Position numbers and translations under genes: made by a program. From NCBI GenBank assembly GCA_963714975.1, contig CAVQQD010000002.1, positions 640,001 through 704,000 on the forward strand: a stretch of DNA of 64,000 bases. Direction: 5' to 3'. Numbering within the stretch: position 1 is the stretch's first letter; every line of letters begins with the position of its first letter. Shown here piece after piece: positions 11,417 to 19,621 of the stretch. The stretch is from an uncultured Gammaproteobacteria bacterium. GTDB lineage: Bacteria; Pseudomonadota; Gammaproteobacteria; JAURND01. The notes beneath the pieces are model-generated. The model was not told where the DNA came from, did no database searches, and saw only the letters and a program-made list of their open reading frames with translations.

Positions 11417-12853
11417 ATGTCATTTACAATACCTGATTTTGTGCCAGCGTTGCCTGAAATAGTAGTGCTTTGTATGGCATGTGTGATCTTGATCGTCGAT
11501 TTGTTTATTCCGAAGCGAGCGCGCTGGATTACCTATGGGTTGGTACAATTAACTTTAGTGATTGCTGCTGTTATTAGTCTTTGCCAATATGGACATCCTG
11601 CTGTCACGACATTCAATGGCACTTTTGTTTTAGATCGATTAGCCGTCATTTTGAAATTTTTTATTTATTTTTCATCCTTCATGGCTTTTGTCTATACCAG
11701 GGCTTATTTACCCAAGACGAATGTTCCTCAGGGAGAATATTATATTTTAGGCTTATTTTCAGTGTTAGGGATGATGGTGTTAGTTTCGGCAGCAAATTTC
11801 ATGACTTTATTTTTAGGTCTGGAGTTATTTTCCTTACCCTTATATGCCATGATTGCCTTGCGCCGTGATTCCGCTATTTGTGTTGAAGCCGCAATTAAAT
11901 ATTTTGTGATTGGTTCTTTAGCTTCTGGAATGTTGCTCTATGGTATGTCGATGTTTTATGGTGCGGCCAAGAGTTTAGATATTTATGCAGTGGCGAAGTT
12001 TATTGGCCAACCAGGAGAGCTTTACGGGATTTTAATGTTTGGTTTGGTATTTATTGTGACCGGAGTTGCTTTTAAATTAGGCTCGGTGCCGTTTCATATG
12101 TGGATCCCAGATGTGTATGAGGGATCTTCCTCTCCGGTGATTTTATTTTTGGGTTCAGCATCGAAGATCGCGGCCATTGGCTTAGCCTTTCGGTTATTGG
12201 TGGATGGCTTGTCGGGTTTAAGTCATCATTGGCAAGATTTATTAATTATTGTTTCCGTGCTGTCGATGGGCTTAGGGAATTTAGCAGCGATTGTGCAAAG
12301 TAATATCAAACGTATGTTGGCTTATTCTTCAATTGCGCACATGGGTTACATGATGTTAGGGCTATTAACCGCCACGCCGTCGGGCTATGGGGCAGCTTTA
12401 TTTTATATGATTACTTATGCCTTGATGACTCTTGGCGCCTTCGGTTTGGTGGTGATGATGAATTATTCCGGTTATGAGGCGAGTAAAATTGATGATTTGC
12501 GCGGGCTGAATAGCCGCAATCCTTGGTTAGCGTTGATGATGTTATTGACGATGTTTTCCTTGGCGGGCGTACCGCCCTTGGTAGGTTTCATGGCTAAAGT
12601 GTCGGTATTAGAAGCTTTAATTGAAGTGCATCTGGTATGGTTAGCCGCAGTGGCTTTATTATTTGCCATCATTGGGGCGTATTATTACATTCGCATTATC
12701 AAAGTGATGTATTTTGAAAATCCCCTAGAGGCACGACCCATCCGCTACTCCCGTGATATGCAAATTGCTTTGACTGTTAATGGCTTATTATTATTGATCC
12801 TCGGGATGGTCCCCGGCTTCTTATTTACCCTCTGCCAAAGCGCGTTTTCTTGA
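11417..12853 (+). CDS. nuoN: NADH-quinone oxidoreductase subunit N
   Basis: FKLGSVPFHMWIPDVYEG, KRMLAYSSIAHMGY. Confidence 0.97.
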   Translation: MSFTIPDFVPALPEIVVLCMACVILIVDLFIPKRARWITYGLVQLTLVIAAVISLCQYGHPAVTTFNGTFVLDRLAVILKFFIYFSSFMAFVYTRAYLPKTNVPQGEYYILGLFSVLGMMVLVSAANFMTLFLGLELFSLPLYAMIALRRDSAICVEAAIKYFVIGSLASGMLLYGMSMFYGAAKSLDIYAVAKFIGQPGELYGILMFGLVFIVTGVAFKLGSVPFHMWIPDVYEGSSSPVILFLGSASKIAAIGLAFRLLVDGLSGLSHHWQDLLIIVSVLSMGLGNLAAIVQSNIKRMLAYSSIAHMGYMMLGLLTATPSGYGAALFYMITYALMTLGAFGLVVMMNYSGYEASKIDDLRGLNSRNPWLALMMLLTMFSLAGVPPLVGFMAKVSVLEALIEVHLVWLAAVALLFAIIGAYYYIRIIKVMYFENPLEARPIRYSRDMQIALTVNGLLLLILGMVPGFLFTLCQSAFS

Positions 12854-12963
12854 TGCTTGGGGGTGCAAAAATCCCCCTTCTCCCACAAGGGGAGAAGGAT
12901 ATATTACCCACTCAAAACTTCATAGAGCCATATTAATTAAACACAAATCACTTCAAAAATTAC

Positions 12964-12992
12964 TAGACAATTAGATATAAATAAATTAGCAT
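12964..12992 (+). promoter_or_regulatory. Putative sigma70 promoter TAGACA-N17-TAGCAT, conserved upstream of three paralogs
   Basis: Equivalent TAGAC(A/T)-N17 boxes at 16357-16385 and 23755-23783, each preceded by AAAATT. Confidence 0.6.
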
Positions 12993-13044
12993 TCACCAAT
13001 TAATTAGGATCATCTAATCATCCACTTAGCCGAGGAGTTAACCC

Positions 13045-13587
13045 ATGAGTCGTGAATTATTAGAATTGAAAGCCGCCCTTCATAAGCTTGATGAGACCGA
13101 TTTAAGTCTTAGAAAGAAACATCAAAATGCTCAAAATGTATTAGGGCAGATAGAAAAATATTTAGAGGATGGATCACCTGATAATGAAACTAAAGCTTTA
13201 ATTAACACTGCACTAGAAAAGATCAAGGGAGTGGCTAAGCATTATGCCCAGAACTGGCATGACCATGACCATGACCATGACCATGATCATGAAATCTCGC
13301 CAGGTCAGCGGGGGTTGGCTGGTGCATGGTTTGTGGCTGCAATTGCGGGACCAATCGCGTCAAGCTATGCACCAGACGAAGTGACTCGACGAATTTTAAT
13401 GTTTTCACCTGTAGAATCATTCGCTCTCTTGGCGTTGTATATAGCTTTTCAGAACTGGCACAATGCTTCTGCTGAAGAAAAAGAGACTTTGAACAGAGTT
13501 AGAAAAATAGAAGAAAATTTTAATCAGAAGCCTGGGGAAGCACAATCAACTAACGGATGGAGTCTACTAACTGATTTCGTTTCCTAA
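13045..13587 (+). CDS. Orphan protein with N-terminal helical/coiled region, His-Asp repeat and two-helix hydrophobic hairpin (paralog 1)
   Basis: GAGGAG RBS; shares IAGP, LMFSPV.SFAL and W.NA..EEKETL with 16438-17016. Confidence 0.75.
   Translation: MSRELLELKAALHKLDETDLSLRKKHQNAQNVLGQIEKYLEDGSPDNETKALINTALEKIKGVAKHYAQNWHDHDHDHDHDHEISPGQRGLAGAWFVAAIAGPIASSYAPDEVTRRILMFSPVESFALLALYIAFQNWHNASAEEKETLNRVRKIEENFNQKPGEAQSTNGWSLLTDFVS
13258..13290 (+). repeat. (GACCAT)n coding tandem repeat encoding HDHDHDHDHDH
   Basis: cat(gaccat)4gatcat. Confidence 0.9.
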
Positions 13588-13720
13588 TTCAGGGATTTAA
13601 TTTGTTGAGGAGTTCAAACATAATACCAGCCTTCTTTCCTTGCAGAATCCGCTTGTGAGCTCTTCTCGCTTATGCTACATTTTGTACAAGAATTTGTGTA
13701 CATAACATAGTGAGGAATTG

Positions 13721-13968
13721 ATGAAAACTTCTGTTCATGTGTTCATGAACTTAGAATATCAATGAAACGCATACTCGGTGTAGTTCAGCGTGGTCAAGTA
13801 GTGACTGTTTATTCCAGAAAGCTTCCTATTGCCAAAATTATTCCCATCAATAAACGACAGACTGAAATCCAGGAAGTAGGCTTCGGCATGTGGAAGGATT
13901 ATAGTGAAATTGCTGACGTCAATAAATATTTAAGAAAAATAAGGAAAGGACGACAGCATGATATTTGA
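13721..13968 (+). pseudogene. Phd/YefM-family antitoxin frameshifted by an 8-bp tandem duplication
   Basis: Removing one TGTTCATG (13732-13747 holds two copies) gives MKTSVHELRISMKRILGVVQRGQVVTVYSRKLPIAKIIP; GAGGA RBS; TGTACA operator-like palindromes at 13683-13707. Confidence 0.8.
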
Positions 13969-14169
13969 TACAGATGTACTTATTTGGTATTTTCGAGGTA
14001 ATAATAAGGCCAGGGAAGCCGTGTATGAAACAAGTGAAATTGGTATAAGTGCTGTTACATTAATGGAATTAATCCAAGGTGTCAGAAATAAACAAGAGCT
14101 TCAGTTGCTGCATAAATTTCTAACAACTAATTCCATCCGAGTTTTTTATTTGACATCCTTGTATCTTAA

Positions 14170-14370
14170 TTCCAATCACTCAATGTGGTTAAATATCCAA
14201 GGGCACTTGGATAGGGGTAAATATGCCGGTGACATCCTAAGGCATTAAGCCTGTAGAGGAGATTTTAGCAATTTACCCCGTACTTTATTCATACAGACCG
14301 GACGGTATCTTAGGACTTGAGGTAAATATCAATGATCCTGTATTCACAAGGTTGGTCCGAATAAAGCTAT
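14170..14370 (+). ncRNA. Predicted bridge RNA (5' hairpin, target-binding loop about 14214-14279, donor-binding loop about 14283-14366)
   Basis: Left target guide TGACATCCT 14230-14238 and right target guide GAGGAG 14256-14261 inside stem GGGGTAAAT/ATTTACCCC; left donor guide ACGGTATCT 14302-14310 and right donor guide ACAAG 14346-14350 inside stem CTTTATTC/GAATAAAG; transcript ends approximate. Confidence 0.85.
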
Positions 14371-14401
14371 CCAAGCTATTCGCAACATGTAGGATACTAC
14401 T

Positions 14402-15367
14402 ATGAAGAAAGCATTTCTAGGCATTGATATCAGTAAAAATACATTTGATGTAGCTGTGCTAATGGAAGATAAGATAAAAACTCAAAAATTCAACAATAAC
14501 GAGCAAGGCTTTAATAAATTACTTGTATGGCTAAACCAGAAGGAAATCGTGTTGTCTCAAGCTTGTATGGAAGCAATCAGTATTTACGGGCAGGCATTAG
14601 CCGAATTTCTTTATGCTCAAGAAATCCCTATAAGCGTTGTTAATCCTGCGAGAATTAAAGGATTTTCTCAAAGTGAATTAGCCCGCTCTAAAAATGATAT
14701 TCTTGATGCAAAATTAATTGCAAGATTTTGTAAGTTGATAGGCCCAGAATTATGGCAACCAACTCCTGAACCGATTAAAATATTACAGCAATGGGTTAGG
14801 AGATTGGATGATTTAATCGCTATGCACAGACAAGAAGAAAACCGATTAGAAGTTTCTGATCATTGTTTAAAGGAGCACATACAAGAGAACATTAGCCACT
14901 TAGAAAACAATATTAAGGAAGTTAAAAATGTCATTAAAAATCACATAAATAGCGATCCTGACATGAAGAAAAAAAGCAAGCTATTGCAATCTATTCCTGG
15001 TATTGGAGAAGCAACTACAGCGCAGATATTGGCTTTTATTGGGAATGTGAGTAAATTCAATAATGCGAAAGAATTGGCGGCATTCGTTGGTCTTAATCCC
15101 AAGCAACGACAATCAGGAACCTCTATCAATGGTAGAGCTAGACTCTCTAAAACAGGTGATTCGGCTCTAAGAAAAGCATTTTATATGCCCGCTGTTGTCG
15201 CCATGAGACATAACCCAATACTCAGAAATTTTTCTATGCGACTAGAAAAAACCGGCAAACACAAAATGGTTATTATTGGCGCAGTAATGAGAAAGCTTGT
15301 TCATATGATTTACGGGATACTAAAATCTGAAACCGTGTTTGATCAAAATATATTAAAATTAGCTTGA
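14402..15367 (+). CDS. IS110-family DEDD recombinase/transposase
   Basis: GIDISK, CMEA, KNDILDA (DEDD), SIPGIG, GLNPKQRQSG (catalytic Ser), AVMRKLV. Confidence 0.95.
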   Translation: MKKAFLGIDISKNTFDVAVLMEDKIKTQKFNNNEQGFNKLLVWLNQKEIVLSQACMEAISIYGQALAEFLYAQEIPISVVNPARIKGFSQSELARSKNDILDAKLIARFCKLIGPELWQPTPEPIKILQQWVRRLDDLIAMHRQEENRLEVSDHCLKEHIQENISHLENNIKEVKNVIKNHINSDPDMKKKSKLLQSIPGIGEATTAQILAFIGNVSKFNNAKELAAFVGLNPKQRQSGTSINGRARLSKTGDSALRKAFYMPAVVAMRHNPILRNFSMRLEKTGKHKMVIIGAVMRKLVHMIYGILKSETVFDQNILKLA

Positions 15368-15391
15368 CAGATGAGACGGTATCTCCTCGCC

Positions 15392-16042
15392 CTAAAGGGC
15401 GAGGATTCCTACTGCGGTTACGCAACTTGTGCGCAACTCGCTTCGGTGGGTTCTTGCTTCCTCGAGCGACCTGACTGCGTCTTCTCTCCACAAGCTAGCA
15501 AGCGGTGCCCCCGCTCTAAAATATTGATCGCGGCCAACCACATCGGCATGGTGGCTATAGCCACAACGCACGCACGCAAACTCAGCTTGCGTTTTGCGAT
15601 TGTCTGCACAAACGTGCTGACAGGCAGGACAGGTTCGACTGGTATTTTTCGGATCCACCGCCAGAAAAATGCCACCGTCAATACCCATATCAATACCCAC
15701 TGGGGTAGTAGCTGTTGGCAAGGGTTGACTCTCTTCACGCTCGGTCTGCACTGATACAAACCACAAGCCATTGCATTGCTTAACGATGACGTTTTTAATT
15801 TTCCCTACTACATCGCGACTGTTGCGATAGCGTATCCATCCCAATTTTGGCAGAAAAATACGGTTATTATCTTGATCCAGCTTAAACCCTTTGAAAACGA
15901 AAACTATCTGATGAGTGAGCTTTTTTCTTGAATTTGGGGAAAGCAGCACGGTGGGCGAAGAAGTTTTTAAATCGATCAAGGTCCTTAGTGATTGTTGAAG
16001 GTTGGGAAGGCGATTGTTGCAGGTAGGGCATTTCTTTTTTCC
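15392..16042 (-). pseudogene. tnpB: tnpB remnant (5'-truncated, frameshifted, internally deleted between RuvC-I and the zinc finger)
   Basis: GIDMGI is joined directly to [20 protein letters not shown]; RuvC-II segment missing. Confidence 0.85.
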
Positions 16043-16437
16043 ATAGAAGAAATTAATTTACATGCTATCCATCTTTTAGAAGACTATGTACTTTCTGATG
16101 GAATTGAGTTGGCTGATGCGCTAATAGCAGCAACCTCCTTGCACTACGGTGAAGAGATACTTACTTCAAATATTAAACATTATCGTTGTTTGCCCAATTT
16201 AGTTTTAAACAAATTCGTTCCAGCCTAGTCACCTATCTGAGTCTTAAATGAGCTGTCTGCATCGGCTAGGTCTGGTCACAGGCTCTCAGCTCGCGTCCAC
16301 ACGATTGGAGGGATGTGGGGGGTGGTAATTAATTACAAATTCACCCACAAAATTGCTAGACAACTCAGTATGGATAAGTTAATCTTTTGCGACTTTGCAG
16401 GATCCATTCCAATCATCACCTAGCCGAGGAGTAAACT

Positions 16438-17016
16438 ATGAGTACTGAAACGCGAGAACAGCAGCTGAAAAAGGCTATTAAACCGCTTGAAAAGCTTGTT
16501 CATTCATCATTATCTGAGCGGAGCCGCTTTGAACCTATTGCACAACAACATCGAATTGCTCAAAGCGCATTAAAAGTGATAGAGGACTATGAGCCTAATT
16601 CTGAAACAGATTCACAGACTAAGGCCGAAATTCAGCAGGCACTACTAGAGATAAAAAAAGTAGCCAATGACTATGCTCAGCTATGGGAAGAGCATGAAAG
16701 TTCAACGCAGAGTTCAGTAGTAGCTTGTCTGTTCTGGGGAGCTGCTTCAATTGCTGGACCCGTAGTAGGAGCGGAAATTATTGAATCCAATCCGTTGGTC
16801 GGTCATGTTTTAATGTTTTCACCTGTAATATCATTTGCCCTAATGGCGATCTGTCTCTTTTTAACCAAGTGGAATAATGCTTACTCTGAAGAAAAAGAGA
16901 CTTTAAAAAGAATTGAAACAATTCAAGAAAATCTCAATAAGCAGTCTCAGCTTCAGTCGAAGCTTGACGAATCTGGTAATGATGGGCGCACTTTTCCATT
17001 AACTAGTGTTGTCTAA
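16438..17016 (+). CDS. Orphan two-TM hairpin protein (paralog 2)
   Basis: Homologous upstream region and protein motifs shared with 13045-13587. Confidence 0.75.
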   Translation: MSTETREQQLKKAIKPLEKLVHSSLSERSRFEPIAQQHRIAQSALKVIEDYEPNSETDSQTKAEIQQALLEIKKVANDYAQLWEEHESSTQSSVVACLFWGAASIAGPVVGAEIIESNPLVGHVLMFSPVISFALMAICLFLTKWNNAYSEEKETLKRIETIQENLNKQSQLQSKLDESGNDGRTFPLTSVV

Positions 17017-17042
17017 TTCAATACATTTTCGTACTCCGCAGG

Positions 17043-17192
17043 TGTCATCCCGAGCGAAGCGAGGGATCTCATGAATGTGGCAAAGCATATGATAAAAAAT
17101 CTGTATGGGACTCTTCTTTAAACAGCGAGATCCCTCGCTTCGCTCGGGATGACACCTCTGGGGCGGGATGACATTCGCTCGGGATGGCACCT
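17043..17192. repeat. CGTC/TGTC-type REP-like inverted dimer (GTCATCCCGAGCGAAGCGAGGGATCTC ... GAGATCCCTCGCTTCGCTCGGGATGAC) plus partial copies
   Basis: Perfect inverted repeat of about 30 bp; relatives at 35811-35872, 37050-37140, 56228-56372 and 62913-62948. Confidence 0.85.
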
Positions 17193-17312
17193 GGGAGTTA
17201 CACATTTTCTGGCATAACAGCCCGGTAATTATTTGCACTAGGCTGTTGTTTTGGGAGGGGCTTAGATTCCTCCCGTCTTAATTACTAATAATAATATTTA
17301 GGAACTTAGCTT

Positions 17313-17954
17313 ATGACTCTTCGGCAATTGCAAAACATTCTTAATACTCTTAATAATCCCACAGCTGCAATTATGCGCCAATATTCTACGTATCAATATG
17401 CCAGAGGCGTATTAATAGCGTTGGAAAATAGTTTAAATCCCAATATAAATAATCCAATACCTAATAATCAAGTTGAAGTGATGAGAGCTATATTAAGTAA
17501 GATAAAGCAAGAGGCTCGACACTATGCTTGCCAATGGTACAAGCGTATTGGTTCATGCAAAAATTTAGCTACAATACTGGCGGTAACTATATGTTCGGCA
17601 GTTGTGGCTACAGCCGGATTTTTAGGAACGATGTTTGCAGTTGGACTTGCGCCGGGCGCATTGTATTTTTGGTTTCTCCCTGTGGTGGGATTAGTGGGGG
17701 CAAGTGTATATGTCTCTTTAAGAGAGGGGGTCAGAGCGCTTACTGAACTGAGAGATATATTTCGCAGAGTTGGCATTTTAGAACGAAACCTGAACCTAAA
17801 TGTTGAGCAGCCTCAGCAACTTCGTGAGGAATCGGAATCTAAGTGGGAATCTAAACGGGGATCTGAGGTAGAATTAGTGTCATTTTCCAATCATCCTCCC
17901 GATCCTCCTGATTCTGAGCGAGGAATAACGCTACCTGGCGCTCTTACGGTATAG
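17313..17954 (+). CDS. Orphan protein with long bilobed hydrophobic segment (distant paralog 3)
   Basis: Same layout; ILSKIKQEARHYACQW resembles ALEKIKGVAKHYAQNW. Confidence 0.65.
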   Translation: MTLRQLQNILNTLNNPTAAIMRQYSTYQYARGVLIALENSLNPNINNPIPNNQVEVMRAILSKIKQEARHYACQWYKRIGSCKNLATILAVTICSAVVATAGFLGTMFAVGLAPGALYFWFLPVVGLVGASVYVSLREGVRALTELRDIFRRVGILERNLNLNVEQPQQLREESESKWESKRGSEVELVSFSNHPPDPPDSERGITLPGALTV

Positions 17955-18012
17955 TAATTCGCCAGCTATTTGTTACAGTTTCCTTTCCCTTGTCTCGTAG
18001 GTTGCTACGCCA

Positions 18013-18354
18013 ATGAAAGGTTTCGCTTTAATTGAAATATTGCTGACACTGTTTATTCTTTCCTTTGCTTTGTTGGCTTTGGCCGGGATGCAAATGTCAG
18101 CTTTACGTCACAGCCAAGCGGCTTATCTGCGCAGTTTGGCTCTGGTGCAATTATCTTCACTTATTGACCGTTTGCAGGTAAATCACCCAAGCTTGCATAA
18201 TGCGGAATTAGCCCGTTGGAATGCGCAAAACGCTCGTTTATTACCTAAAGCCCAAGGCTCTTACCATTGTCTTGGTGTGACTTGCGCAGTAAGCTTGAAT
18301 TGGCAATTTGGGCAGCTAGAGCAAGCGACTTTGTCAATTACTTTGCGAGAATAA
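18013..18354 (+). CDS. pilV: Type IV pilus minor pilin PilV-like
   Basis: Prepilin motif KG/FALIEIL; LAGMQMSALR. Confidence 0.75.
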   Translation: MKGFALIEILLTLFILSFALLALAGMQMSALRHSQAAYLRSLALVQLSSLIDRLQVNHPSLHNAELARWNAQNARLLPKAQGSYHCLGVTCAVSLNWQFGQLEQATLSITLRE

Positions 18355-18355
18355 G

Positions 18356-19069
18356 ATGTGGCAGCAGAGAGGCTTTTCATTACTCGAAGCTATGTTAGCT
18401 TGTAGTTTGGGATCATTTTTATTATTGGGCTTGTTGCAAATTTATTGGACCGTGCATACTAATTTACCGCTGCAACAAGCGATTGCTAGTATGCAAGAAA
18501 ATGGTCGTTTTGCCAGCCATTTATTGCGACAAGCTATCGCCATGGCGGGCGATGCCCGTTGTGTTTCTCCGCCTCCTTTCGTAAATCACCACCTTGCTAT
18601 TCGCGGTTACGAAAATACTGTGCCGGAATTTCTGCGGGGTAAAGTGATGCCGTCTACCGACAGCTTAGTGGTTGGTCGTTGTCAAACTGTTGAAGGAAAA
18701 GCCCAGTTTGCGCAATACGGATATTTTATTGGCAAAACCATTCGCAAAAATTTGCAAGACGAATTTGTGGCAGCTTTGTATGAATCACCGGTGGTTGGCT
18801 ATAAACAAGAATTAATTCCAAATGTGAAAGCAATGAAAATTCATTATGGCATAGCAAGTCATGATGGCAAGTTTATTGAAGCTTACCAGCCGGCTTCTGC
18901 TATTACTGATTGGTCGCGAGTTAAAATTGTTGCTATAGCTTTATTGCTGAGTTCGGAAAAGCCGGTATTATCAAAGCCGATTCCCTATGAATTTGCTGGT
19001 CAAACTTTTCCACCAAGTCGTTTTTTACATCGTGAATGGGATATTGATATTGCATTACAGGAAGGATAA
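18356..19069 (+). CDS. pilW: Type IV pilus minor pilin PilW-like
   Basis: RG/FSLLE prepilin motif; MQENGRFA; DWSRVKIVAIALL. Confidence 0.8.
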   Translation: MWQQRGFSLLEAMLACSLGSFLLLGLLQIYWTVHTNLPLQQAIASMQENGRFASHLLRQAIAMAGDARCVSPPPFVNHHLAIRGYENTVPEFLRGKVMPSTDSLVVGRCQTVEGKAQFAQYGYFIGKTIRKNLQDEFVAALYESPVVGYKQELIPNVKAMKIHYGIASHDGKFIEAYQPASAITDWSRVKIVAIALLLSSEKPVLSKPIPYEFAGQTFPPSRFLHREWDIDIALQEG

Positions 19070-19181
19070 TTCTAGGATTTGAATCCGCCGGAGAGGTTTT
19101 TAATGTTATCCTCCTGCGCCGTAAAACCCCGTCATTCATGACGAGGATATAAGGCGCACAACCGCGAAGCGAAGTGAGCGC

Positions 19182-19595
19182 TTAGTGGGGAGAGTTCTGT
19201 TGCTCGATATAGTGTCGAATGACAGAGATGGGCGCTCCTCCACAGGAAGCAGCAAAGTAACTGGGAGACCACAGTACTCCTTTCCAATAACACTGCAGAT
19301 TTTGAGAGTGTGCTTGGCGAAGGCGACGAGAAGAAACGCCTTTGAGGCTATTGACTAACCGTGACAACGATATTTTGGGTGGATAATTAACCAATAAGTG
19401 CACATGGTCACGCTCTCCTTCCATTTCGACCAATGTCGCGTCAAAGTCTTCGCAGACACTATAAAATACTTCACTCAAGAGCTCTAGCATGGGTTTTGTA
19501 AAAACACATTTGCGATACTTTGTCACAAATACCAAGTGAGCATGTAAATTAAAAACACAATGTCTGCCGTGTCGGATGTCTATTGAACTATTCAT
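19182..19595 (-). CDS. tnpA: IS200/IS605 HUH (Y1) transposase
   Basis: HLVFVTKYRK, DHVHLL (HUH), LWSPSYF, YIEQQ. Confidence 0.96.
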   Translation of the reverse strand: MNSSIDIRHGRHCVFNLHAHLVFVTKYRKCVFTKPMLELLSEVFYSVCEDFDATLVEMEGERDHVHLLVNYPPKISLSRLVNSLKGVSSRRLRQAHSQNLQCYWKGVLWSPSYFAASCGGAPISVIRHYIEQQNSPH

Positions 19596-19621
19596 AGACC
19601 AATAGTATATTCATTGGTACT

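Larger units (their letters stand above)
14158..15384 (+). mobile_element. IS110-family (IS621-type) element bounded by CT cores
   Basis: CT at 14158-14159 and 15383-15384; the circle junction reads ACGGTATCTTGTAT, one mismatch from the IS621 donor ACAGTATCTTGTAT; long left end, short right end. Confidence 0.93.
14150..16042 (-). mobile_element. Degenerate IS605-family (tnpB) element; right end at 14150, left end and tnpA deleted; interrupted by IS110
   Basis: Reconstructed right end GGAATCCTCGCCCTTTAGGGCGAGGAGGATGTCAA; frameshifted tnpB fragments ([44 protein letters not shown]). Confidence 0.88.
13958..16228 (+). pseudogene. PIN-domain (VapC) toxin split by nested IS insertions; 5' part 13958-14149, 3' part about 16043-16228
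   Basis: MIFDTDVLIW..ISAVTLMELIQG in the 5' part and LADALIAATSL..TSNIKHY in the 3' part. Confidence 0.9.

Noticed and set aside
15371-15771. ORF-track ORFs 15371-15754(+), 15418-15771(-) and 15273-15491(-)
   Set aside because: Shadow or alternate frames of the tnpB remnant and its right end
15992-16042. N-terminus of the ORF at 15992 as a real start
   Set aside because: This part is antisense tnpB DNA; only the portion from about 16043 is vapC
17043-17192. Repeated GGGATGACAC/GGGATGGCAC units as a CRISPR array
   Set aside because: The copies are inverted or partial with irregular spacing and match a REP-like family; no cas genes are present
17277-17300. PmrA box upstream of 17313
   Set aside because: The second half-site is poor and there is no correctly spaced -10 element
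19078-19097. GAATCCGCCGGAGAGG as a deleted second IS605 right end
   Set aside because: The match is short and lacks the hairpin and the TCAA terminus; it could be chance
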